From NCBI GenBank assembly GCA_963833575.1, contig CAWHXY010000004.1, positions 576,001 through 640,000 on the forward strand: DNA of 64,000 nucleotides, read 5' to 3'. The stretch comes from Candidatus Bathyarchaeota archaeon. Its GTDB lineage: Archaea > Thermoproteota > Bathyarchaeia > Bathyarchaeales > Bathycorpusculaceae. Below the pieces are notes generated by a model. It was not told the origin of the DNA, did not search any database, and saw only the letters and a list, made by a program, of their open reading frames with translations. Each line of letters opens with the position of its first letter. Positions within the stretch are counted from its first letter, which is position 1. Positions 10,193 through 19,177 of the stretch are shown one piece after another. The position numbers were made by a program, and so were the translations under genes.

Positions 10193-10459
10193 ATGGGTAA
10201 AACAGTTGTGTCATACCGCATCGCATTAGAAGATGAAATGCGTAAATGGAATGGTTTTGCAAAAGCATTAAGAATTGAAGATAGGGAAGCCTTCGAAGCT
10301 TTAATGGATGCTTGCCGTAGCTACGCTTCAGCTGGAAGTAATGCTACGCAACCCATCATCTTTGAACCAATGGTTATTTCCATCCTACTGTCACAGCAAA
10401 AAATGATTATGCGTTTAAAGAAGACTTTAGATGCAGCCCAACACCCCAAGACTAATTAA
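10193..10459 (+). CDS. Small helical protein of the type encoded upstream of archaeal PolB2 (arCOG07300-like)
   Basis: MGKTV.SYR..LE.E..KW..F.KALR.EDRE.F..LM pattern; overlaps a PolB-like N-terminal fragment. Confidence 0.65.
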   Translation: MGKTVVSYRIALEDEMRKWNGFAKALRIEDREAFEALMDACRSYASAGSNATQPIIFEPMVISILLSQQKMIMRLKKTLDAAQHPKTN

Positions 10460-10490
10460 AGGCTGGTTATTGGACGTTTACCCCCGCTAA
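10431..10490 (+). pseudogene. 5' stub of a PolB2-like DNA polymerase
   Basis: Reads MQPNTPRLIKGWLLDVYPR*; GWLLDVYP resembles PolB N-termini; overlaps the end of the previous gene. Confidence 0.6.
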
Positions 10491-10597
10491 TGTTCATAAC
10501 AAGATTCAGATGAATTTTAGAATAAATATAATCATTATAGTCAAAGGCTAATACGAAAAACATTTTTGGACAAATACCTTAGTCTAAGGTGATTTAA

Positions 10598-11377
10598 ATG
10601 GTTCAATATCATCTACCAATCGGAATGCGATACGCAACTTTACAGGAAAGAAAGAAATTCTACACAGAAGAATTTGATCCTCAGAAAGCAGCCGAGTGGT
10701 TTAGAAGCGGGTTAAACAGGATCAAGTTTGCCGTAATTATAGGCAGACATACAAGAATTTACCCAGAAAAATACAAAGCAGACGCATCAACGACCATAAT
10801 AATTGACGAATACAAAAACTTGGAAGACATTAGGCAGCAGATAATTGAGTTTTTGCCTGAAGCGGTATATTATGACAGAAGTGTCTATAACGAAAAGGAT
10901 CAAAAAATTGGTCAAGAGCTCGCGCTTGATCTTGACCCAGAAAACATTACCTGCCCGGTCCACGGGACTTTAGCAGATAAGATGAAGCGCAATCAAGGCT
11001 TGAGCTTCTGTGAGTTAGAACTGGGAATGGTTAAACAGGAAGCAATTGGTCTCTACAAGTTTCTTGAAAATCGTTATTCCGAGATCAGGGTTGTTTATTC
11101 GGGCAGAGGTTTTCACATGCATGTTTTAGACCAACAAACCTATCAAATGAGCAAACAAGAAAGACTAGCACTTGCTCAGCAAGTAAAAGGCGCCGGGTTT
11201 CATATTGATGAATGGGTAACATCAGGAGAAATGCGTTTGATTAGGCTTCCATGGAGCCTAAACGGTTTAGTATCAAGAATTGCTTTACCACTAAAAAATG
11301 ATGAACTGGAAGGCTTCGACCCTGTCCACGACGAGCGGTGCCTACCAGAATTTCTAAAGAAAAAAGCTATTTCTTGA
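10598..11377 (+). CDS. Archaeo-eukaryotic primase, PriS-like
   Basis: ELALDLDPE (DxD), Zn knuckle CPVH...C, YSGRGFH, RLIRLPWSLN. Confidence 0.85.
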   Translation: MVQYHLPIGMRYATLQERKKFYTEEFDPQKAAEWFRSGLNRIKFAVIIGRHTRIYPEKYKADASTTIIIDEYKNLEDIRQQIIEFLPEAVYYDRSVYNEKDQKIGQELALDLDPENITCPVHGTLADKMKRNQGLSFCELELGMVKQEAIGLYKFLENRYSEIRVVYSGRGFHMHVLDQQTYQMSKQERLALAQQVKGAGFHIDEWVTSGEMRLIRLPWSLNGLVSRIALPLKNDELEGFDPVHDERCLPEFLKKKAIS

Positions 11378-11465
11378 CTTCTTTAGCTTTTTTCTCTTTT
11401 TTAGCGTAGTAAGCTTTCTTTTTCTTTTCTTCTTCAGCTTTTGTAGGTTTGACTGGTTTTGCCAT
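11367..11465 (-). CDS. 32-aa Lys-rich small protein (missed by ORF track)
   Basis: MAKPVKPTKAEEEKKKKAYYAKKEKKAKEVKK*, GGAGA RBS upstream of the ATG. Confidence 0.55.
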   Translation of the reverse strand: MAKPVKPTKAEEEKKKKAYYAKKEKKAKEVKK

Positions 11466-11579
11466 AAAAATCTCCAAATATGTTATCTCTTACTCGCATA
11501 AAAAATTTTCCAAGTCAAAAAGAAGTTGAAAAGTTTATTTGCTCTTTAATATTTCATTTATTAAAGTTGAGGTTTATTT

Positions 11580-12953
11580 GTGGAGCGCTTTGATATAATC
11601 GTTGTTGGTTCAGGCTCTGGAATGCTTATTGCTTCAGCTGCGGTTGAGCAGGGACTCAAAGTTGCGTTGGTTGAGCATGGCAAAATGGGCGGCACCTGCA
11701 TAAATGTAGGTTGCGTCCCATCCAAAATGCTCATTCACCCAGCAGACGTGATCGCTACAGTTAAAGAAGCAGGCAAAATAGGAGTCAATGCTACGGTGGA
11801 TTCGGTTGATTTCAGCAACATCATAACTAGGATGCGTGAATTAGTTGATGAGGATTCAGGTCATCAAGCGTTAGCGGTTGAAGCTACGCCAACAATAACT
11901 TGGTATAAAGAAACAGGAGAGTTCATCTCCGATTATACCATGCAGGTAGGCGCACATATTATAACTGCAGAAAAAATCTTTATAGTTTCAGGCGTACGCA
12001 CTGCAGTAACCCAAATTAAGGGCATAGACAAAATCAACTACTTAACAAGCGACACAGTTCTCGGGCTACAAACGCCGCCTAAAAGCATACTTATCATTGG
12101 CGGAGGCTATATAGGCATGGAGTACGGGCACTTCTTCTCAAGCATCGGAACAAAAACCACCATACTACAAAGGCCAGATCGTCTATTGCCTGAAGAGGAA
12201 CCAGAAATTTCTGAATTACTTAGGATCGAGATGGGGAAGCGAACGGAAATACACACAGGCTTTGAAGCGGTTGAGGCAAAACAAGAAGGACAAGCCAAAA
12301 CTCTTGTCGCTAGAAACCGCCAAGACGGCAGCCTACATGAGTTCTCAGCAGAATCAGTAATGGTGGCAACAGGCAGAGTATCCAACGCTGATATTTTAAA
12401 ACCTGAGAAAACAGGTGTGGCACTTGACGAGCACAATTTTGTAAAAGTTAATGAATATCTGGAAACCACCAAGAAAAACATTTGGGCATTCGGCGACGCT
12501 ATCGGCATCCAAATGTTCAAGCATGTTGCCAATTACGAAGCAGGCATCGCATGGCACAACTCACTTCATGATCACAAAGCTAAAATAAATTTTTCAGCTG
12601 CTCCTCATGCAGTTTTTACTCATCCGCAAATTGCCAGCGTAGGCTTAACAGAGGCGGAAGCCAAAAATCAAAAACACAAAGTTTTGGTTGGTATGGCACT
12701 TTACAAGGATACCGCTATGGGTGCAGCTATGGGGAATGTTGAGGGTTTTGTAAAAGTTCTGGTCGAAAATGAAACAGGAAAAATTCTTGGAGCGCACATA
12801 ATAGGTCCCGAAGCCTCAATTCTTATTCAAGAAATCATTAATGCCATGGTTTCAGAAAATGGAACCTTTGCACCCATTGCACAAGGCATGCATATTCACC
12901 CCGCACTATCAGAAGTAATACAAAACGCCTTCGGCAGCCTCAGACCAATATAA
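11580..12953 (+). CDS. Class I pyridine nucleotide-disulfide oxidoreductase (LpdA/mycothione-reductase-like)
   Basis: GSGSG, GGTCINVGCVPSK, GGGYIG, HIHPALSE. Confidence 0.9.
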   Translation: MERFDIIVVGSGSGMLIASAAVEQGLKVALVEHGKMGGTCINVGCVPSKMLIHPADVIATVKEAGKIGVNATVDSVDFSNIITRMRELVDEDSGHQALAVEATPTITWYKETGEFISDYTMQVGAHIITAEKIFIVSGVRTAVTQIKGIDKINYLTSDTVLGLQTPPKSILIIGGGYIGMEYGHFFSSIGTKTTILQRPDRLLPEEEPEISELLRIEMGKRTEIHTGFEAVEAKQEGQAKTLVARNRQDGSLHEFSAESVMVATGRVSNADILKPEKTGVALDEHNFVKVNEYLETTKKNIWAFGDAIGIQMFKHVANYEAGIAWHNSLHDHKAKINFSAAPHAVFTHPQIASVGLTEAEAKNQKHKVLVGMALYKDTAMGAAMGNVEGFVKVLVENETGKILGAHIIGPEASILIQEIINAMVSENGTFAPIAQGMHIHPALSEVIQNAFGSLRPI

Positions 12954-13062
12954 TTATGGACCCTTTATCGCGGAGAACTAGATGACACAATTTTATGCCC
13001 TTATCGCCAACTAAAAAGTTATATTATCCCGAAACCAAATCTTTCTAGCAGAGTGTTTTATT

Positions 13063-13347
13063 ATGAATATTCTCAAAGTTTCTGGCAAAATTAACAAACA
13101 TAAAGTTTTCGTGTATGCATTAAGCACTTGCGTTTGGTGCAAATTGACTAAACAGTTTCTAAAAGACAACGATATTCAATATGAATTTGTGGATGTTGAT
13201 TTAGCTGACGAAAAAGATAAAGAAAAAATTCACGAAACAATCCAAAACATGGGCGGTATGCTTAGCTACCCAACGATAATTGTTGATGATAAAGTTGTAA
13301 TTAACGGTTTTCGCAAAGACAAGCTTACGGAGGTACTTGAAATTTGA
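13063..13347 (+). CDS. Glutaredoxin-like protein
   Basis: LSTCVWC, SYPTII, INGF. Confidence 0.9.
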   Translation: MNILKVSGKINKHKVFVYALSTCVWCKLTKQFLKDNDIQYEFVDVDLADEKDKEKIHETIQNMGGMLSYPTIIVDDKVVINGFRKDKLTEVLEI

Positions 13348-13922
13348 TCACACTAGATCAGGTCCGCCGAAGGGCTGAGGCTGACGCTAAAACTTACGGA
13401 TACTACTTAACGCCCCAACCTGAACTTCTGCAAGGTTTTCTTGAGGGATTAAAAACAAATGAAGATCGATATGGTTATCCGTTGTGCCCTTGCAGACTTA
13501 CCTCAGGGGTATACGATTACGATAGAGACATCATTTGCCCCTGCGACTACCGAGACCCAGACGTTGCTCAATACGGCTCATGTTATTGCAGACTTTACGT
13601 TAACAAGGAAGTTTACGAAAGGAAAAACTTGCCTGATGTACCTGAGCGAAGACCAATAGAAAAACAACAAAGAGCTTATGGATCTCAATCAACAACCGCC
13701 AAACAGGCGATGCCTCAAGAAGTACCACAGACATCATCCACAACCCCATCGGCTACTTTGCAAGCGACAAAGCCACAATCAACTGTCAAAAAGAAATTAT
13801 GGTATTGCAAACAATGCGGTTATGTTGTTTATCGAGAGGATCCGCCCTACGTTTGCCCAATATGCAAAGCTAAAAAAGAAATGTTTGCTGAAATCGAAAG
13901 CACTGTTGAATTTAAAGGATAA
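13344..13922 (+). CDS. Ferredoxin:disulfide reductase (FTR catalytic domain + rubredoxin-like domain)
   Basis: CPC, CPC and CYC motifs; low-complexity linker; C-terminal CKQCG...CPIC; overlaps the Grx stop codon. Confidence 0.9.
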   Translation: MITLDQVRRRAEADAKTYGYYLTPQPELLQGFLEGLKTNEDRYGYPLCPCRLTSGVYDYDRDIICPCDYRDPDVAQYGSCYCRLYVNKEVYERKNLPDVPERRPIEKQQRAYGSQSTTAKQAMPQEVPQTSSTTPSATLQATKPQSTVKKKLWYCKQCGYVVYREDPPYVCPICKAKKEMFAEIESTVEFKG

Positions 13923-13924
13923 AT

Positions 13925-14074
13925 TTATTTCTGAATTTCAATCTCGATTTTTTTCCAGTCTTCTTTTATTCCCTTAAGAGAAGCTACAGCACCGGTTATG
14001 CTTCCGCTCATGAATTTTTCTACAAACTCGTTTAGAGGTATTTCTTTCCCATCAATTTTCAGTTTCATACTCAA
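13925..14074 (-). CDS. Small conserved hypothetical protein (resembles MobB C-terminal domain)
   Basis: LKIDGKEIPLNEFV...I.GAVASLKG; AGGTGA RBS before TTG. Confidence 0.55.
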   Translation of the reverse strand: MSMKLKIDGKEIPLNEFVEKFMSGSITGAVASLKGIKEDWKKIEIEIQK

Positions 14075-14132
14075 ACTTGTCACCTGAGAATAGTGGTTAC
14101 TTGAGCGGTAGGTAAAAGTTTTGTGCAATCTG

Positions 14133-14699
14133 TTATGTTCTTGTGAGGCTGGGTTTAACTGTGACTCTGAGCTTTGTTAAGTTCTCTTTTATCTCTGCCT
14201 TGACACCCATGGCTGTAAAGTATTCTTCAAGGAATATCCTTATGAAATCTTTCGAAATTTCAGAGACCAAAACCAATGTGTAGTCGTTTGGGGCGTTCTT
14301 TGTTAAACGGTAAAAGTTGCATATCTCTAGTCGAACCAACATTTCTTCTACTGAATGCACTTTTGTTTTTAGCTGTTCCCAATGGGCTCGAGCTACTTCT
14401 TTGTGTTCACTCCAAAACTTTTCCCGCTCTGGCGATGAAGCAATTAACCGCAGAAACATCAGCCAATGATCAACATCGATGATCACGTGTTCACCATTAA
14501 GCAACATATCACCGTAGGCAAGAATTTTTTTCTTGGTTATTGGGTCTTCAAGAGCCTTGTTTTCGTTGTAGAATTTTAAGGCACGACGCATAACTTCGCT
14601 TTGTGATACTTGTCCTTCAGTGCTTATTTTTTCCAGTAAGTCAGCTGTTGTTTTATCAAATGCCACAGTTATTCTAGTAGGATTTACCATTGTGCTCAC
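14133..14699 (-). CDS. CopG/ribbon-helix-helix transcriptional regulator with C-terminal ligand-binding-like domain
   Basis: RITVAFD...LEKIS....SQSEVMRRAL RHH pattern. Confidence 0.8.
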   Translation of the reverse strand: MSTMVNPTRITVAFDKTTADLLEKISTEGQVSQSEVMRRALKFYNENKALEDPITKKKILAYGDMLLNGEHVIIDVDHWLMFLRLIASSPEREKFWSEHKEVARAHWEQLKTKVHSVEEMLVRLEICNFYRLTKNAPNDYTLVLVSEISKDFIRIFLEEYFTAMGVKAEIKENLTKLRVTVKPSLTRT

Positions 14700-14717
14700 T
14701 TACACGAATATAACGTA

Positions 14718-14735
14718 TTTCCAAATTATTGGAAA
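14718..14735. promoter_or_regulatory. Dyad TTTCCAA-ATTA-TTGGAAA, candidate autoregulatory operator
   Basis: 7-4-7 perfect dyad between the RHH start codon and its TATA-like box. Confidence 0.4.
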
Positions 14736-14895
14736 ATATATAAACATTACGCAATAGTACTTAGATAAATATTAGCAAGTTTGAAGTAATTGATTGAATT
14801 ATTAAACAATTGTTAAGGCAGCCATTAATAGAAAGCAAACTTTTATTCCTTGCACAATTAATTCATTAATAGAGGATTCCAAGGAGAATACTAAA

Positions 14896-15555
14896 ATGAA
14901 GAGACCAGAAATTTACCTTGAACCAAAACAAAGAGGAACAAAAGTAATCGAGCTACTTGAAAAAGAGTACCCCAATGCCAAGACCGCATTAAACTACTCC
15001 AACCCGCTAGAAATACTTGTAGCCACCATGCTTTCCGCCCAAGCAACAGATGCAGTAGTCAACATAGTAACCCAAAAACTCTTCAAAAAATACCACAAAC
15101 CAGAAGATTACGCCAACGCTGACATAAAAGAATTAGAACAAGACATACATTCGACAGGTTTCTATCATAACAAAGCCAAAAACCTACAAAAATGCAGCCA
15201 ACTCCTCGTAGAAAAATTCCACTCCCAAGTGCCAAGAACAATGGATGAATTGCTGGAGCTCCCTGGAGTGGCGCGAAAAACTGCTAACATCGTGTTATAC
15301 AACGCGTATGGAACCATTGCGGGCATAGCAGTGGACACTCATGTACGCAGGCTCTCACAGCGCCTCGGGTTTTCTGAGCACGACGACCCATCAAAAATAG
15401 AGCAAGATCTAATGCAAATTACTCCAAAAGAGAAATGGATGAAACTAACTGACCTCCTAATTTTCCACGGCAGGCAAATCTGCATTGCAAGAAAACCTAA
15501 ATGCGAAGACTGCGCTTTAAACAAGTATTGTCCTTGCGATTTTGCTTTTGGCTAA
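14896..15555 (+). CDS. nth: Endonuclease III
   Basis: LSAQ, HhH LPGVARKTAN, AVDTHV, CxxxxxxCxxCxxxxxC Fe-S motif. Confidence 0.96.
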   Translation: MKRPEIYLEPKQRGTKVIELLEKEYPNAKTALNYSNPLEILVATMLSAQATDAVVNIVTQKLFKKYHKPEDYANADIKELEQDIHSTGFYHNKAKNLQKCSQLLVEKFHSQVPRTMDELLELPGVARKTANIVLYNAYGTIAGIAVDTHVRRLSQRLGFSEHDDPSKIEQDLMQITPKEKWMKLTDLLIFHGRQICIARKPKCEDCALNKYCPCDFAFG

Positions 15556-15613
15556 AAGCGCCACCCATTTATACAGGTTTGCGGTTTTTTCTATAAACAA
15601 GGATTGTTTTTTT

Positions 15614-16093
15614 ATGTCAATCAAAATTAAAGTCGGAGACAAAGCACAAGACTTCACTCTACCAGATGCAGATATGAAACCTAGGAGCTTAAACGAGTTT
15701 ATAGGTCAAAAAGTTGTTTTAGCCTTTTTTGTTGGCGCATTCACCTCAACATGTACAAAAGAGATGTGTGAATTTCGAGATTCTATGTCTCGGCTCATCG
15801 ATTTAGACACTCAAGTCATAGGAGTAAGTATAAATGACCCGTTTTCCAACAAAGGTTTTACAGAAAAAAACAGGTTACCCTTCCCTATACTAAGCGATTA
15901 CAAACGTGAAGTTATCAAAGCCTATGGACTGGAGTTACCTGATTTTGCCGGGCTTGACGGTTACACGGTTGCTAAGCGTTCAATTTTCATACTTGACAAA
16001 AATAGAATAGTACGTTATGTTTGGGTTTCAGAAAATCCATCATTAGAACCTAACTATCAAGAAATACAAACCGTTTTACAACAAATTTCTTGA
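15614..16093 (+). CDS. Peroxiredoxin (BCP/AhpE-like)
   Basis: AFTSTCTKEMC, LSD, KRSIFILD. Confidence 0.9.
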   Translation: MSIKIKVGDKAQDFTLPDADMKPRSLNEFIGQKVVLAFFVGAFTSTCTKEMCEFRDSMSRLIDLDTQVIGVSINDPFSNKGFTEKNRLPFPILSDYKREVIKAYGLELPDFAGLDGYTVAKRSIFILDKNRIVRYVWVSENPSLEPNYQEIQTVLQQIS

Positions 16094-16239
16094 GCACACT
16101 TCTACTCCAATACCATGAATCAGGCGTTGAATTAGTCAAATTCAGCTTGAAGAGACCTAAATAACTGGATTTGGAAGCGCACAAGAGTTATTAGTTTCAG
16201 TAAAAGTTATTGAGTGTTATCGTAACGGTGACTGTTTGA

Positions 16240-17109
16240 GTGTCCTTTGAAATCCAAGAGTTACCGGATGTTATCCGTGTTATTGTTCTTTTAAATCTAA
16301 GTAAAGGCGTTAAAATCAAAAAATCAACCCTTAAAAATCGTGTTGATCGCGTATGTGTCAGTTATGCCTGCATTGATATGTCTGAGTTGGATCGAGCACT
16401 CAAAGAAATGTCTATTGAAGGGCTGCTTGTCGAAAATGATGACACTGTGCAGTTGACATCCCAAGGTCAAAAGCTAGGTAAGGAGTGGGAAAGCCTTCTC
16501 TTAAAGAAGGAACCCATTATGGAAGTTGTAGCGGGCTTAGTTGATGGCTCAATTACTAGTTTAGTTGTTATTCTCTCAGCTTTCATAGCAAAATTAACCT
16601 CCAACACAACGTTCTGGGTGAATGAAAAAACAGTTATTTTTGCGGCTCTCTTAACATTGAGCGTGGTTGCCATAACTAACTTTTCAAGTTTCCTTCTTGG
16701 CGGAATCACTGAAGATTTAGCTGACATTATGACTTTGCAGAACTTGATGAATTACAGCTTGAGCGACATACCGGATAAGAAGGAGCGAGACAAGTACCTT
16801 CTGCTAGTTCAGAAGCTTTTTACACTGCTTGGAAAACAGATACATAGATCCAACCTTTATGGGGCAATAATTTCAGGGACTACAACTTTTCTTGCTGGAA
16901 TCATTCCAATAGCAACTTACTTATCTCTTCCATCTTACTACAACATTGTTGTTTCGCTTCTTGAGGTGGGAGTTATTTCAGGAGTGTTTTTGGCGCGGTA
17001 TCGATCAAAAAAGACGCGGGTAAACTGGAAAATAACACTTGCCGAAACCATAGCAATCGTCATAATTGCCACCGTTGTATCTTTGTTACTAGGTGCAGTA
17101 CCCGGTTAA
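16240..17109 (+). CDS. Winged-HTH fused to VIT1/CCC1-like membrane domain
   Basis: N-terminal wHTH (..EGLL....VQLTSQG); VAGLVDGSIT and FLAGIIP..Y patterns with about 5 TM segments. Confidence 0.6.
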   Translation: MSFEIQELPDVIRVIVLLNLSKGVKIKKSTLKNRVDRVCVSYACIDMSELDRALKEMSIEGLLVENDDTVQLTSQGQKLGKEWESLLLKKEPIMEVVAGLVDGSITSLVVILSAFIAKLTSNTTFWVNEKTVIFAALLTLSVVAITNFSSFLLGGITEDLADIMTLQNLMNYSLSDIPDKKERDKYLLLVQKLFTLLGKQIHRSNLYGAIISGTTTFLAGIIPIATYLSLPSYYNIVVSLLEVGVISGVFLARYRSKKTRVNWKITLAETIAIVIIATVVSLLLGAVPG

Positions 17110-17531
17110 GCTAAGTAACGAAGCTCAACCATCAAACATTTGTCCATGACAACAATCAAACCAGAACTTTTAGCTGTTTCAGCAGCCTGCTCATTGATTA
17201 TTCCAAGTTGCATCCAAACGACAAACGGCTTGCCATACATCTGTTTGAGCTTGACAGCCTCCTCCACTATCTGAGGTACATCTTTCGCAGGTCTAAAAAT
17301 ATCAATGATTTCAATGGTTTTCTGGATTTCAGGAGGAATATCAAGGAGGCTTTTGTAGCTTTTCTCGCCGAGAACTTGTTCAGCAAAAGGATTTACAGGT
17401 ATGATGAGGTAGCCATTTTGTTGAAGGTATGCACTGACTCTATAACTATCCGTCTCTGGTTCTTTAGATAACCCGACAACCGCGATAACTTTGTATTTGT
17501 TTAAGATTTCTTTAGTTTGATTTTCGTCCAT
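17106..17531 (-). CDS. CoA-binding protein
   Basis: IAVVGLS, IIPVNP, DIFRP, VWMQLGI, VMDKC. Confidence 0.9.
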   Translation of the reverse strand: MDENQTKEILNKYKVIAVVGLSKEPETDSYRVSAYLQQNGYLIIPVNPFAEQVLGEKSYKSLLDIPPEIQKTIEIIDIFRPAKDVPQIVEEAVKLKQMYGKPFVVWMQLGIINEQAAETAKSSGLIVVMDKCLMVELRYLA

Positions 17532-17586
17532 CTTTGTTTTGTTCCTTATTATTCTAGGTATCGCTTCTAACAAAAATCACACAAGT

Positions 17587-17623
17587 AGAAGAAGAAGTGC
17601 GCATTTTCCCTTTTTCTTCTTCT
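17587..17623. repeat. GAA/TTC-stem hairpin related to the hairpin array at 24329-24470
   Basis: AGAAGAAGAA...TTCTTCTTCT 10-bp stem; minus-strand loop ends in GCAC. Confidence 0.45.
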
Positions 17624-17662
17624 TTCAGTTTTTTTCCGAATTAAATCCTTTTGTTGCAAGAA

Positions 17663-18601
17663 TCATGGTGCTTCGCTTAGTTTTAAGTCAAAGAAATGTT
17701 CTCGACGATTGCGTATTGCAAGGAGTCTAACAACGTCGTTGATTTTTCTCTTTTGTATGTCCTTAACTAAGTCTTCAATTCCAAGAGTTTCCACATTGCC
17801 TATTTTTAAAATGGTGTCTCCTTCAGCGATGCCAGCTTCTTCTGCAGGGCTTCCCGGAGCAACTTTTGTTACCAATACCCCGTGGTCCATTAGCAACCCG
17901 TAGTACCGAGCGATCTGGAGACTTAAGCTTAAGCCCACTATTCCAATCCAAGGAGTTCTTGACTCTTTTCCGGATGTAACATCGTTGGTGCAGCTTTTGG
18001 CTGAGTTGATTGGAATGGCAAAACCAATCCCCTGCGCGTACGGAATAATGGCGGTGTTTATCGCTATTACCTTCCCGGTGACATCCACCAATGGGCCGCC
18101 ACTATTTCCAGGATTAATGGAAGCATCGGTTTGAACTAGATTCTCTATTAAGCCTCTTTCGGAGTCTATGGTCCTGTTGATGGCGCTAATTACACCTGAT
18201 GTTACGCTTGGGCCGCCTGTCAATCCGAAGGGGTTCCCAATAGCGTAGACTCTTTGTCCAACTCTTATCTTATCTGAATCGCCTAATTCTGCCGCTTGTA
18301 GATTTTTTTTGTTTGCATTAACTTTTACTACCGCTAAATCGTGGATTGCGCATGACCCAACGATTGTTCCTTCAAGAACTTCATCGTTGCCTAAGGTAAC
18401 ATTAATTTTATGTGCGCCTCCAACGACATGATTATTTGTTAGAATCAGTCCTTTCGAATCAATTATTGTACCTGACCCGATGCCTCCAACCGGCACTGCT
18501 TGGTAGAAAATATTGTGGACAATCTTTAGTGCGCTTATGTTAACCGTGCTTTTGCTTACTTTTGCAATCGTATCCAAAATAGCGTCTTCATCATATGACA
18601 A
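17663..18601 (-). CDS. htrA: HtrA/DegP-family serine protease with PDZ domain
   Basis: TNNHV, DLAV, QTDASINPGNSGGPL, C-terminal PDZ. Confidence 0.93.
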   Translation of the reverse strand: MSYDEDAILDTIAKVSKSTVNISALKIVHNIFYQAVPVGGIGSGTIIDSKGLILTNNHVVGGAHKINVTLGNDEVLEGTIVGSCAIHDLAVVKVNANKKNLQAAELGDSDKIRVGQRVYAIGNPFGLTGGPSVTSGVISAINRTIDSERGLIENLVQTDASINPGNSGGPLVDVTGKVIAINTAIIPYAQGIGFAIPINSAKSCTNDVTSGKESRTPWIGIVGLSLSLQIARYYGLLMDHGVLVTKVAPGSPAEEAGIAEGDTILKIGNVETLGIEDLVKDIQKRKINDVVRLLAIRNRREHFFDLKLSEAP

Positions 18602-18658
18602 ATCGTTTTCCTCAAAATCAGTAAAGACTTGTTTTTAATAAGTTTAGTTGCAACTAGT

Positions 18659-19045
18659 TTAGCGGCAGAATAGGCAATTTTCCGCCCATGATTGGGTCAT
18701 TTCTTTTTGACAAAATGGACACATCAAACCTTTTTCTCTGATAGCTACACAGATTTGGCAGAAGAGGTTGAGGATTTTTGTTTTGTTGTCAGGCTCTTTT
18801 ATGAGTGAAGTTACCATTTGGCTTATTAGCGCTAAAATCTCAGTTGAGCCTTCTATTGCGAGGAGACTTCCTCTTTCTCTTCCCACATATCTACTGACTG
18901 CGGATTGTGATAGTCCAAGTAGTTCTGCGGTTTGTTGTTCGTTAAGTCCATGTTTTTCGATGATTTGTCTTGCCATGATTGCCTTTACTGCTGGCAGAAC
19001 AGTTTTTACGCCCACTTCGCACGGTAGCAACAAGTTATGCACCAA
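18659..19045 (-). CDS. HTH transcriptional regulator with Cys-rich C-terminus
   Basis: PCE...VLPA; AELLGLSQSAVSRY HTH; CxxC...CxxC...CxxC. Confidence 0.85.
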   Translation of the reverse strand: MVHNLLLPCEVGVKTVLPAVKAIMARQIIEKHGLNEQQTAELLGLSQSAVSRYVGRERGSLLAIEGSTEILALISQMVTSLIKEPDNKTKILNLFCQICVAIREKGLMCPFCQKEMTQSWAENCLFCR

Positions 19046-19087
19046 TTAGTGATAAATTTGGGAGAAACTTATTTAAATATGCCGATT

Positions 19088-19123
19088 GTCATAACTTATG
19101 ACGCGCGTCATGATGGGTCATCA
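19088..19123. promoter_or_regulatory. Overlapping ATGAC/GTCAT dyads, candidate operator array
   Basis: GTCATAA-C-TTATGAC (19088-19102), ATGACGCGCGTCAT (19098-19111) and TGATG-GGT-CATCA (19111-19123) between two divergent regulators. Confidence 0.5.
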
Positions 19124-19177
19124 AACACAAAAAACCGATCGGAACAAACCATCATAATCATCGACCCGCCCTGACAC

